From contig CAZOHO010000001.1 of the NCBI GenBank assembly GCA_964579755.1, positions 1-44,025 of the forward strand: a stretch of 44,025 nt of DNA. Reading direction: 5' to 3'. A program made the position numbers and the translations under genes. Origin of the DNA: an uncultured Flavobacterium sp. GTDB lineage: Bacteria > Bacteroidota > Bacteroidia > Flavobacteriales > Flavobacteriaceae. The stretch's first letter is position 1, and every line of letters starts with the position of its first letter. The notes beneath the pieces were generated by a model. That model ran no database searches. It saw nothing but the letters and a program-made list of their open reading frames with translations, and was not told the origin of the DNA. This document shows, one piece after another, positions 9,182 through 17,791 of the stretch.

Positions 9182-10591
9182 ATGCAACGTATCCGCATTT
9201 TTGTTCTTTCATTCAGTTTTCTTCTTTTAGCAGCTAACTGTTCCTCTCCATCAAAAATAAACACCTTCAAGCCTGAGCCTGACGATGCTGTCCCATTAGT
9301 TTATGAAAACAGTCCTTCTTTTATCAATTTGCCCATCACTATACAGTTAAAAGACATTGAAAATAAAACCAATAATCTTCTAAATGGGTTGATCTACGAA
9401 GACAATACTATTGAAGATGATAATATTGAAATAAAGATTTGGAAACTTTCACCAATAACGATTGAGAACAGTTCCAAAGATGCAGATGGAAAAATTAAAA
9501 CCATACTCCCGTTAAAAGCCAATGTAAAATACCGTGTAGGAACAAAAAAACTGGGAGTTGACTTATACACTATTAAAGAGTTCAATCTCAATGGCGTAAT
9601 TATGTTAGTAAGCGAAGTGAATCTGGTGAATTGGAAATTGAACACCAAAACCAAATTAGAATCGTTAAATTGGAACGAGAGTCCTACTATGGTTCTTTTT
9701 GGAAAAAATGTTCCCATCACTTTTTTGATCAATTCCAGCACAACACTTTTCAAATCGAAAATAGAACATAAAATAGATGAATCGATAGCCAAATCAATGG
9801 ACTTTAAGCCCAATGTCTTAAATGCTTTGGAAAAAATAAGTGCACCCTTTCAAATGAGTGCACAATATGAAAGTTGGCTTCGAGTTACCCCTATCGAAAT
9901 TTATAACACTAATGCTAAACTAAAAGGCCAGACTATTCAATTGGATATGGGAATTAAATGCACTATGGAAACACTAATGGGTAAGAAACCTGAAACAAAA
10001 TTCAACGCAAACGCTATTGTTTTAAAACCTGCGACCAAAATTCCGAATAAAATTACAGCCAATATCACAGCTATTTCTAATTATGATGATGCTTCAAAAA
10101 TAATAACTAAGAATTTTTCGGGGCAAGAATTTGGTTCAGGCAAAAAGAAAATTAAAGTCCAAAATGCTAGCATTTGGCATAAAAACAACAAAATGGTGAT
10201 TGCTTTAGATGTTCTTGGAAGTATCAATGGAACGATTTACCTGACCGGCTTACCTCAATACAATGAAACTACTAAGGAAATATATTTTAACCAAATAGAT
10301 TATGCTTTGGATACTAAAAACAAATTACTCCAAACCGCCAATTGGCTAGCACAAGGCTATATTCTAAATAAAATTCAGGCCAATTGCCACTATTCTATTC
10401 AAACTAATTTAGAGGAAGGTAAAAAAAGTATGATGACCTATTTAAAAAATTACTCGCCTATACCAGGCGTTTTTGTCAATGGTAAAATTGAAGATATACA
10501 ATTCAAAAAAATACAATTGACCAATCAAGCCATTATTGCTTTTTTGACCATAAACGGCGTAGTGAATATCACCGTTGATGGATTAAGATAA
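9182..10591 (+). CDS. Putative lipoprotein, DUF4403 family
   Basis: Lipobox-like LAANC. Beta-rich 469 aa with SFINLPITI, WLRVTP and GTIYLTGLPQY patterns recalled from DUF4403. Confidence 0.7.
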   Translation: MQRIRIFVLSFSFLLLAANCSSPSKINTFKPEPDDAVPLVYENSPSFINLPITIQLKDIENKTNNLLNGLIYEDNTIEDDNIEIKIWKLSPITIENSSKDADGKIKTILPLKANVKYRVGTKKLGVDLYTIKEFNLNGVIMLVSEVNLVNWKLNTKTKLESLNWNESPTMVLFGKNVPITFLINSSTTLFKSKIEHKIDESIAKSMDFKPNVLNALEKISAPFQMSAQYESWLRVTPIEIYNTNAKLKGQTIQLDMGIKCTMETLMGKKPETKFNANAIVLKPATKIPNKITANITAISNYDDASKIITKNFSGQEFGSGKKKIKVQNASIWHKNNKMVIALDVLGSINGTIYLTGLPQYNETTKEIYFNQIDYALDTKNKLLQTANWLAQGYILNKIQANCHYSIQTNLEEGKKSMMTYLKNYSPIPGVFVNGKIEDIQFKKIQLTNQAIIAFLTINGVVNITVDGLR

Positions 10592-10592
10592 A

Positions 10593-10844
10593 TTATTTCT
10601 TCTTCATTCTGTAAATCGCATATCCAATCCCTCCTACCAATAAGTACGGAATCACCATTAAATACACAATTCCATCATTTACAGCTTCGGCTTTAGTTTT
10701 ATTTCCTTCGCTAGTTAGAGCGGCTCTACACATCGCGCATTGCGCATTTGCGGTTAAAGATAAACCTGAAAAAAGTATAGAAATGAAAAGAACATTGACA
10801 ATACTTCCTTTTCTAATCTTTAATGATATTGTTTTATTGAACAT
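10593..10844 (-). CDS. Small membrane protein with QCAMC motif, last gene of the cox assembly cluster
   Basis: Signal peptide (ANA|Q), CxxC, C-terminal TM and basic tail. Overlaps the DUF420 stop. Confidence 0.75.
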   Translation of the reverse strand: MFNKTISLKIRKGSIVNVLFISILFSGLSLTANAQCAMCRAALTSEGNKTKAEAVNDGIVYLMVIPYLLVGGIGYAIYRMKKK

Positions 10845-11379
10845 AGTAAGGAGCGATCATTATGTACACAATAACACCTGTTATAGCAACATATAACCAA
10901 ATAGGAAAAGTGATTTTAGCTATTTTTTTGTGTTGATCAAATTTGGCTGCTAAAGCACGTACATAGGTAATTAATACTAAAGGTATTACTGCAATTGACA
11001 AAAGAATATGCGATATTAACAAAACGAAATAAACCCATCGAATAATTCCTTCTCCTCCAAACTTGGTTGAATCAGATGTCATGTGATACGCCACATACAT
11101 TACTAAAAAAGCTAACGATAGAGCTATCGCCACAGTCATTAATCGTTCGTGTAATTTTCTATTCCCTTTTTTAATTGCCAATACAGCACTAACTAAAACC
11201 ACAGCTGTAATTCCGTTAATTGTTGCATAAATTGGAGGCAGGAACGAAAGAGGCTCAACGTTATAGCCTAAATCATTTAGTTTCACATTAAATAAAATTG
11301 CAACTACCACAGGTATCAATACAGATACAAACACGATGAGTTTGTTATACTTTTGGTCTACTGTTGAATTATCTTTCAT
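10834..11379 (-). CDS. DUF420 (CtaM/YozB-like) membrane protein
   Basis: NRKLHERLM, FLVMYVAYH, LISHILLS, HKKIAKITFPIWLYVAITG. Confidence 0.9.
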   Translation of the reverse strand: MKDNSTVDQKYNKLIVFVSVLIPVVVAILFNVKLNDLGYNVEPLSFLPPIYATINGITAVVLVSAVLAIKKGNRKLHERLMTVAIALSLAFLVMYVAYHMTSDSTKFGGEGIIRWVYFVLLISHILLSIAVIPLVLITYVRALAAKFDQHKKIAKITFPIWLYVAITGVIVYIMIAPYYVQ

Positions 11380-11381
11380 TT

Positions 11382-12065
11382 TTATTCTTTTAATAATAGT
11401 TTAATATCTTCTTGAATATCTTTTACTCCTTCAGGATCTAAGCCGTCATAATATAGAATAGGATTTCCAAATTTATCTTTTCTACAACGAATAGTTCCGT
11501 TTTTATCAATCAAAGCAAATAATCCTGAATGTTCAAATCCACCATTTACTTTACTATTTTCACCTGCATACAAATTAAATCCTTTATTGGCTAATTCAAA
11601 AATATAAGTTTTGTCACCAGTAAGAAAATGCCAATTCGACGAAGTTGCACCTAACAACTCCGCATGTTCTTTCAATACTTTTGGCGAATCATGTTCTGGA
11701 TCAATACTAATCGAAGCGATACCAAAGTTTGGATTACCAAAAAATTGTTTTTCAATAACCAACATACTTTGATTCATCTTTGGACAGATTGTCGGGCAAC
11801 TTGTAAAAAAGAACTCGATCAAATACACTTTTCCTTTATAGGTAGCATTGGTAACCTTTTTGTTATCCTGATTTATTAATTCAAATTTAGGCGCTGGCCC
11901 AATTGTAACTAAACTTTCTTCTTGCGAAGATCCTGCTTCCACTTTATCCAAACGATCGCCTTTTACTACATTTCCATTTTGAATTCGATCTATAATTTTA
12001 GGAATTACCAAAATTCCAAAAACCAAAATTATAAATGAAATTCCGATGTATGATTTATTTTTCAT
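11382..12065 (-). CDS. SCO1/SenC family copper chaperone
   Basis: N-terminal TM, FFTSCPTICP, SIDPEHDSP, WHFLTG and FEHSG. Confidence 0.93.
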   Translation of the reverse strand: MKNKSYIGISFIILVFGILVIPKIIDRIQNGNVVKGDRLDKVEAGSSQEESLVTIGPAPKFELINQDNKKVTNATYKGKVYLIEFFFTSCPTICPKMNQSMLVIEKQFFGNPNFGIASISIDPEHDSPKVLKEHAELLGATSSNWHFLTGDKTYIFELANKGFNLYAGENSKVNGGFEHSGLFALIDKNGTIRCRKDKFGNPILYYDGLDPEGVKDIQEDIKLLLKE

Positions 12066-12076
12066 TGCTTTCGTTT

Positions 12077-12718
12077 TTAAATTTTTCTGGAAGCATTATG
12101 ATTCTTCTTTAAGGCCGCACGATATTCATACAAAATCACTTTAAAATCATCTAACATTTCATTACTTAATTCTGAAGGATGAAAAGTGTCATACCCTTCT
12201 TTATATTCTTTATTTTCTTTTCTTCCTCTAAGATTTCGCTCTTTATCCAGAATATAAATCATTGATGTCCCAAAATTAGAATCTAATTTACCAACCAAAT
12301 GCAATTGTTTATGATACTTAGAAATTTCCATAGGAGATGCAAAAACAAATTGCCATTGAGACATTTCTGTAAATGTCCCTAATGCTTTAAGAATTCTTTC
12401 TGCATCGTTTTCAGTACCAAAAGGACAAAGATAAACAAACTGTAGATCTTTAAATCCATGATATCTTTGATAAACTTTCTGATTCAAATTAAAAAGATTA
12501 CCTCTATTTTTCAATAATTCAGCTCCTCCAAAACCTAACACCGTCACTTTACCATTCAAACTCACTTGATTTTCACTGATAGATTTCCAATTGCCAAAGT
12601 CAGCTGTTTTAGGCGTTATAACTGGCAATTTAGTATAACTATTTACCCCTGACGCAAAAAACAAATAGGCCACAATAGGCAAAACAAAAAGAGTAAAAAG
12701 AACAATATTTTTTTTCAT
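12077..12718 (-). CDS. Membrane-anchored protein, possibly a degenerate Sco/thioredoxin-like fold
   Basis: Likely start is ATG 12718 (MKKNIVLF), since the -7 box overlaps the longer start. N-terminal TM, LNGKVTVLGF, WQFV and IYILDKERNLRG parallel Sco, but there is no CxxxC. Confidence 0.7.
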   Translation of the reverse strand: MKKNIVLFTLFVLPIVAYLFFASGVNSYTKLPVITPKTADFGNWKSISENQVSLNGKVTVLGFGGAELLKNRGNLFNLNQKVYQRYHGFKDLQFVYLCPFGTENDAERILKALGTFTEMSQWQFVFASPMEISKYHKQLHLVGKLDSNFGTSMIYILDKERNLRGRKENKEYKEGYDTFHPSELSNEMLDDFKVILYEYRAALKKNHNASRKI

Positions 12719-12745
12719 CGGTAGATAGATACTATTTATAAAGTA

Positions 12746-12753
12746 CAAAAATA
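12746..12753 (-). promoter_or_regulatory. -7 promoter box for the Sco-like/sco/DUF420 unit
   Basis: Minus strand TATTTTTG directly after the terminator. Confidence 0.55.
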
Positions 12754-12784
12754 AAAAAAGGTACGCAATGCGTACCTTTTTTTT
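12753..12784 (-). terminator. Intrinsic terminator after cox subunit IV
   Basis: Perfect inverted repeat AAAAAAAGGTACGCA-a-TGCGTACCTTTTTTT. Confidence 0.85.
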
Positions 12785-12798
12785 GAATTAATATCGTG

Positions 12799-13149
12799 TT
12801 AAAAATTCCATTTAATTGTAGAATTTTTAAAAACCTCAAAAACATAATCTCCTTCGGTTAATAGAATAAAAAGAATATATAGCACTAAAAATACCACTGG
12901 ATAAACTACTGCATTTCTCAATGAAGTTTTTTCTCCCTCAATATGCATAAAAGCCCATACAATATAATATGCTTTAAAAATTGTTAATGCATAAAATATC
13001 CAGTTCAACAAATTCATCCCTAAAAAATTTGTCATGTGAAGCGATTCTGGCTTAACAATACCTAAAATAACTTCTATAATTGTTACTGCAGATAAAATTC
13101 CGAAAACTTTCCAGATTCTGCTAGTATTTGATACGTGATCGTGTGACAT
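12799..13149 (-). CDS. Cytochrome c oxidase subunit IV family protein
   Basis: Three TMs, KAYYIVWAFMH motif, position after subunit III. Confidence 0.85.
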   Translation of the reverse strand: MSHDHVSNTSRIWKVFGILSAVTIIEVILGIVKPESLHMTNFLGMNLLNWIFYALTIFKAYYIVWAFMHIEGEKTSLRNAVVYPVVFLVLYILFILLTEGDYVFEVFKNSTIKWNF

Positions 13150-13170
13150 GATAATTACTTTTATTGAAAA

Positions 13171-14148
13171 TTAAACAAGATAGAATACTGTAAATACAAA
13201 TACCCAAACTAAATCTACAAAGTGCCAGTATAACCCTACTTTTTCTACCATTTCGTAGCTTTTTCTCTTTTCATACGTTCCTAAAAGAACATTAAAAAAG
13301 ATAATAATATTAATGATTACTCCAGAAAAAACGTGAAAACCATGAAATCCTGTAATGAAGAAAAAGAAATCAGCGAATAATTTATTACCGTATTCATTTC
13401 TAATTAAATTGGCTCCTTCGACAACAACTGCAGCATCTTTCAATCTAGCCACAGATTCTTCTCTTGATAAAACTGTTTTTTTCTTTTCTTTAGTGATTGT
13501 TTCAGTTCTGATTAATAAATCAGGATGTGCTTCAAAACCTGCTTGAACTTCTGCTACAGAGTAGGTTGGCAATGTTGGTTCAGTCATGAACCAAGTTGCT
13601 TTCTTTCTCTCCAGTTGTTCCCTTTCTTCAGGTAAAGTTGCAGCAAAATCAGCCAAAGCTACTCTATGTCCTTCTTTGTCTACAAATTGAAGTAAACTAC
13701 CTCCTTTTGTTTCAACAGCACCATATTCTCCTTTAATGAAGTTTTTCCATTCCCAAGCTTGAGAACCAACGAAAATCAAACCTCCAATGATGGTTAAAAA
13801 CATATAAATAGTTACTTTCTTCTTGTTTAATTGATGACCCGCATCAACAGCCAAAACCATTGTTACAGAAGAAAAAATTAATATAAATGTCATTAATGCC
13901 ACATAATACATTGGAGCAGATACTCCATGTAAAAAAGGAAAGTGGGTAAACACTTCATCAGCCAAAGGCCAAGTTTCAATAAATTTAAATCTAGAAAAAC
14001 CATAAGCTGCTAGAAATCCAGAGAATGTTAAGGCATCTGATACGATAAAAAACCACATCATTAATTTACCATAACTTGCTCCCATTGGCTCATTTCCGCC
14101 TCCCCAAGTTTTTTCTTCACTATTTGCAGTAGTAACTGTCGCTCCCAT
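13171..14148 (-). CDS. Cytochrome c oxidase subunit III family protein (long form, with soluble insertion)
   Basis: KLMMWFFIVSDALTF, QAWEW, FFITGFHGFHV, GLYWHFVDLVWVFVF. Confidence 0.93.
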   Translation of the reverse strand: MGATVTTANSEEKTWGGGNEPMGASYGKLMMWFFIVSDALTFSGFLAAYGFSRFKFIETWPLADEVFTHFPFLHGVSAPMYYVALMTFILIFSSVTMVLAVDAGHQLNKKKVTIYMFLTIIGGLIFVGSQAWEWKNFIKGEYGAVETKGGSLLQFVDKEGHRVALADFAATLPEEREQLERKKATWFMTEPTLPTYSVAEVQAGFEAHPDLLIRTETITKEKKKTVLSREESVARLKDAAVVVEGANLIRNEYGNKLFADFFFFITGFHGFHVFSGVIINIIIFFNVLLGTYEKRKSYEMVEKVGLYWHFVDLVWVFVFTVFYLV

Positions 14149-14173
14149 AAAAAGTAATTCGTTAAAAAGTTCC

Positions 14174-14181
14174 CAAATTTA
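14174..14181 (-). promoter_or_regulatory. Internal -7 promoter box between the two cox3 genes
   Basis: Minus strand TAAATTTG, 25 nt upstream of ATG 14148. Confidence 0.5.
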
Positions 14182-14191
14182 CGTTTTTTTA

Positions 14192-14779
14192 TTATTTAAA
14201 GAAAAATAAAAATAAAAATAAATATACCCAAAGAATATCTAAAAAGTGCCAATACATCGCACCTAGTTCAATTCCAAGAGTTTGTGTTGAATTGTATTTT
14301 TGTTTAAAATGATTATAAATTATAATTAAAAGTGAAATTATCCCTCCCGCCAAGTGCAACAAGTGCATTAACGTAACAATATAAAGAAAGGTAGTTGTAA
14401 TAGAACTCGCTTGACCCGTAAAATAATATCCTTCTGAAACAATCTGTCCAAAACCTACAAACTGCAAAATAACAAATAGAATTCCTAATGCTAATGTAGT
14501 CAAAAGAAATGCTGTAGTCTTAGAGCGCTCATCTCTTTGTATTGCTTTTTTGGACAAATGAAATGTTACACTACATCCTATAATCGCAATTGTGCTAATG
14601 TAAAAAGCAGATGGCAATTGAAAATCTTTCAACCAATCAGCTCTCGATTTACTTACAACAAAAGCACTTGTAAGACCCGCAAACATCATGGTCATGCTTA
14701 CCATTGTAAACAACAAAATCAACTTAGCTGATCTTGATTTTCTAACTTTTTCTTCGTCTTGAATCTTTGTCTTATCCAT
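14192..14779 (-). CDS. Cytochrome c oxidase subunit III family protein (short form)
   Basis: MMFAGLTSA, HLLHL, AMYWHFLDILW. About five TMs. Confidence 0.9.
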   Translation of the reverse strand: MDKTKIQDEEKVRKSRSAKLILLFTMVSMTMMFAGLTSAFVVSKSRADWLKDFQLPSAFYISTIAIIGCSVTFHLSKKAIQRDERSKTTAFLLTTLALGILFVILQFVGFGQIVSEGYYFTGQASSITTTFLYIVTLMHLLHLAGGIISLLIIIYNHFKQKYNSTQTLGIELGAMYWHFLDILWVYLFLFLFFFK

Positions 14780-14781
14780 AG

Positions 14782-15672
14782 CTATCTTAAAAATTTGTCA
14801 AATATATAAACTAATTGTAATAGTGTTATATACGAAACACTTACTAACATTAAAGTCCTTGCTGCTTTTGCGGTTCTTAACTGGTACAATCGAATTGCGT
14901 AAAATAACATCCAAAGTCCAAGTAAAAATACAACAACTGCTGCAATTGGCGTTATGTATAATTGCCCCGTATATCCTAAAACGGGCAAAAGTGAAGCAAT
15001 TATCAACCAAATCGTATATAATATGATTTGCAATGCCGTTCCTTTATCTTTTTTCCCTGTTGGCAACATAAAGAAACCCGCTTTTTCATAATCTTCGTAT
15101 AAAAACCACCCAATTGCCCAAAAGTGTGGGAATTGCCAAAAAAACTGAATTAAAAATAAGGTTCCTGCTTCAATCCCAAAATTACCTGTTGCTGCAACCC
15201 AACCTAACATAAACGGAATAGCACCCGGAAAAGCGCCTACAAATACCGATAAAGATGTAACTGTTTTTAATGGTGTATAAACACTTGTGTATAAAAAAAT
15301 AGAAATCGCACCAAACATGGCAGTTTTGGGATTGATTGTATACAACAAAAAGATCCCGATTATCGTTAACAAACTTGCAATTACCAAAGCAACATTAGAT
15401 TGCATTCTCCCAGCAGGAATGGGCCTGTTTTTAGTTCGATCCATCAATGCATCTAAATCTTTTTCAATTACTTGATTAAAAGCATTAGAAGCACCCACCA
15501 TACAATACCCGCCAATGGCTAATTTCAGCAATACAATCCAATGAAAAGAATTAAAATCGGTTTCGCCCAACACGAAGCCCGCAATAGATGAAAATACCAC
15601 GCTAATGGCCAAACCAGCTTTAGTGATTGCTTTAAAATCGATATAAATGGATTTAAGAGAAATTGTACTCAA
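14782..15672 (-). CDS. cyoE: Protoheme IX farnesyltransferase (heme O synthase)
   Basis: NQVIEKDLDALMDRTKNRPIPAG, YTPLK, FFWQFPHFWAI, EDYEKAGF. TTG start. Confidence 0.96.
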   Translation of the reverse strand: MSTISLKSIYIDFKAITKAGLAISVVFSSIAGFVLGETDFNSFHWIVLLKLAIGGYCMVGASNAFNQVIEKDLDALMDRTKNRPIPAGRMQSNVALVIASLLTIIGIFLLYTINPKTAMFGAISIFLYTSVYTPLKTVTSLSVFVGAFPGAIPFMLGWVAATGNFGIEAGTLFLIQFFWQFPHFWAIGWFLYEDYEKAGFFMLPTGKKDKGTALQIILYTIWLIIASLLPVLGYTGQLYITPIAAVVVFLLGLWMLFYAIRLYQLRTAKAARTLMLVSVSYITLLQLVYIFDKFLR

Positions 15673-15765
15673 TGTATTTGGTATAAACTGGCGCGAAGAT
15701 ACAAATAAGATTACAGAATGTGGAACCTGAATTTTAGATTTTTTGACAAATAAAAAACAGAAAAA

Positions 15766-16905
15766 TTAATTTTCTCCTTTATCAAAAATAAGAAACAAAT
15801 ACAAGCTTAAAAGCAGAATTATAATTTCAAAAACCAATAATGAAGTCACAATTCCGACAGCATCAGCTAAAAATCCTAATATTACAGCAGGAATCCCAAA
15901 ACCAACATACCCAAAAAACATGTAACCCGAAACAGTGCGCGCTTTTTGGCCACCTCCTAAATCAGCAATTATAGCTAACCCTCCTTGGTAACTAAACCCG
16001 TAAGCTGCCAAACCAATAAAAGCGGTACCCAATAGCACAACTGGCAATACTCCGAAATACGAACCTAAAATCACTAAACCAAAACCAAAAGGAATGATTG
16101 CAAAACCTAATTTAAGACTTGTCTTGGGTTGAAATCTTTTTCGAATAAACGGCTGCATAAAACCACCCGTCCAATTAATTAGAACCAAACAAAATCCCGT
16201 ATAAGCTGTCAAATGGAATGTAGCCAATTGAGTGGGAATAATTGCAATAACCACTCCTGTTGTGGCCCAACAAATGGCTATTGACAAATTAACTGGAAAT
16301 GATCCCTTAGGAAAATAAGGCAATCGAACCAAATTACCTCCTATTGGCGGTAACTTAGGAAGAGAAAAAGCCAATAGAATTCCTATAATTGTAATTGCAA
16401 TAGCAACAAAATAAGTGATAGGCAAATAGGTAAAATGGATTAACAAAGCTATACTTGTCATAAAAGCTCCTCCACTAAAGCCAATTGCTGTTGCCATAGA
16501 AGTAGCATTAGCCGCACGGACAGAAGTACTAGCATTTTGATAAACAATTTCTGAAATATAAGCCGTACCCGTTCCCATACTTAATGCCAAAGCTACTCCT
16601 TGAAAGAATCGAGCAAAAATCAAAGCATAAACAGTTGGAAATACGGTTATCGTAAGATTCGAAGCTAAAGCTAAAAACAAACTGAAAAGCAAAACTGGCT
16701 TTCTTCCAATTCTATCTGAAATACCTCCTAAAAAAACATAACAAGGTAACATACCTAAAATATAAGTTGCCAAAGCCAAAGCTGTCTGACCGTTATTGAA
16801 TCCGGCCACCTCAGCATAAGGTCTAAAAAGTGGCATGGATATATTGACCGCCAAAGTAATCAAGAAGAGCGCAAACGATATGATGGAAGTGGGTTGTAAT
16901 CTCAT
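15766..16905 (-). CDS. MFS transporter, substrate unknown
   Basis: Motif A GGISDRIGRKPV, ARFFQG, about 12 TMs. Confidence 0.9.
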   Translation of the reverse strand: MRLQPTSIISFALFLITLAVNISMPLFRPYAEVAGFNNGQTALALATYILGMLPCYVFLGGISDRIGRKPVLLFSLFLALASNLTITVFPTVYALIFARFFQGVALALSMGTGTAYISEIVYQNASTSVRAANATSMATAIGFSGGAFMTSIALLIHFTYLPITYFVAIAITIIGILLAFSLPKLPPIGGNLVRLPYFPKGSFPVNLSIAICWATTGVVIAIIPTQLATFHLTAYTGFCLVLINWTGGFMQPFIRKRFQPKTSLKLGFAIIPFGFGLVILGSYFGVLPVVLLGTAFIGLAAYGFSYQGGLAIIADLGGGQKARTVSGYMFFGYVGFGIPAVILGFLADAVGIVTSLLVFEIIILLLSLYLFLIFDKGEN

Positions 16906-16919
16906 AACTTATCAAGGCA

Positions 16920-16945
16920 TAAAAAATCCCACCGAAGTGGGATTT
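16920..16945 (-). terminator. Intrinsic terminator after gcvH-vanZ
   Basis: Minus strand AAATCCCAC-TTCG-GTGGGATTTTTT, a C(UUCG)G tetraloop plus U-run. Confidence 0.85.
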
Positions 16946-16951
16946 GTATTT

Positions 16952-17341
16952 TTATTCTTTAATGGATTTTTTTCTTATTCTTTTAGCAAAAAGCACCAAG
17001 ACAAATGCTATAGTTGTACCCATAAGATTAGCCAAAACATCAAAAAAATCTCCACTTCTTGTTGTAGTCAATTTGTCTTGCAAAATTTCAATTCCTATTC
17101 CAAATACTATTGAAAATAAAGCAGCAACTACAAGAAGCTTGAGTTGATTCTTTTTTTTAACCTGATTTTTGAAAAACAAAAACCAAAGTATCGTAAAAAC
17201 AAAATAAAAAAAAGCGTGAACTAATTTATCTAAATTTGGAATGTTAACTATTGGAATATCATTGGAAGGAGTCAAACAAAAAAAGCCTACCACTCCTGTC
17301 CAACATAATGCAATCCAAAAAAACAAATTTTTAAGCACCAA
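16952..17341 (-). CDS. VanZ family membrane protein
   Basis: [26 protein letters not shown]. Start is TTG or the adjacent GTG. Confidence 0.9.
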   Translation of the reverse strand: MVLKNLFFWIALCWTGVVGFFCLTPSNDIPIVNIPNLDKLVHAFFYFVFTILWFLFFKNQVKKKNQLKLLVVAALFSIVFGIGIEILQDKLTTTRSGDFFDVLANLMGTTIAFVLVLFAKRIRKKSIKE

Positions 17342-17711
17342 TCAAATCTTTATATGATTCACTTGAAAGTAACAAATCCAATTCTCCTAAATCAGATACT
17401 TTTACTTTAATCATCCAACCTGCTCCATAAGGATCAGAGTTAACGCTTTCTGGAGTACTTTCTAATTCTTCATTAAATTCAATAATTTCTCCTGATAAAG
17501 GCAAAAACAAATCAGAAACTGTCTTAACTGCTTCTACTGTTCCAAAAACCTCATCTTTTGCTAACGTTTGATCCAAAGTTTCTACCTCAACATAAACGAT
17601 GTCTCCCAATTCTTTTTGAGCGAAATCAGTAATTCCAACTGTAGCAACATCTCCATCAATGCTTACCCATTCGTGATCTTTTGTGTACTTTAAATTTGCA
17701 GGTATATTCAT
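17331..17711 (-). CDS. gcvH: Glycine cleavage system H protein
   Basis: [32 protein letters not shown] (lipoyl Lys), NSDPYGAGW. Confidence 0.97.
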   Translation of the reverse strand: MNIPANLKYTKDHEWVSIDGDVATVGITDFAQKELGDIVYVEVETLDQTLAKDEVFGTVEAVKTVSDLFLPLSGEIIEFNEELESTPESVNSDPYGAGWMIKVKVSDLGELDLLLSSESYKDLIGA

Positions 17712-17748
17712 AATATATATAATAAATTAATTATTCAATTTCAGAGGG

Positions 17749-17756
17749 CAAAGGTA
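17749..17756 (-). promoter_or_regulatory. -7 promoter box for gcvH
   Basis: Minus strand TACCTTTG. Confidence 0.6.
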
Positions 17757-17791
17757 CTATCTTCATTCGAAATTTAAATTAGAATTAAAAA

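Noticed and set aside
12719-12748. Longer start for the Sco-like ORF
   Set aside because: The TTG overlaps the predicted -7 box. ATG 12718 gives a normal MKK plus TM start.
17331-17711. gcvH without gcvP/gcvT
   Set aside because: Scattered gcv genes and gcvH beside sprA are ordinary in Flavobacteriaceae as far as I recall.
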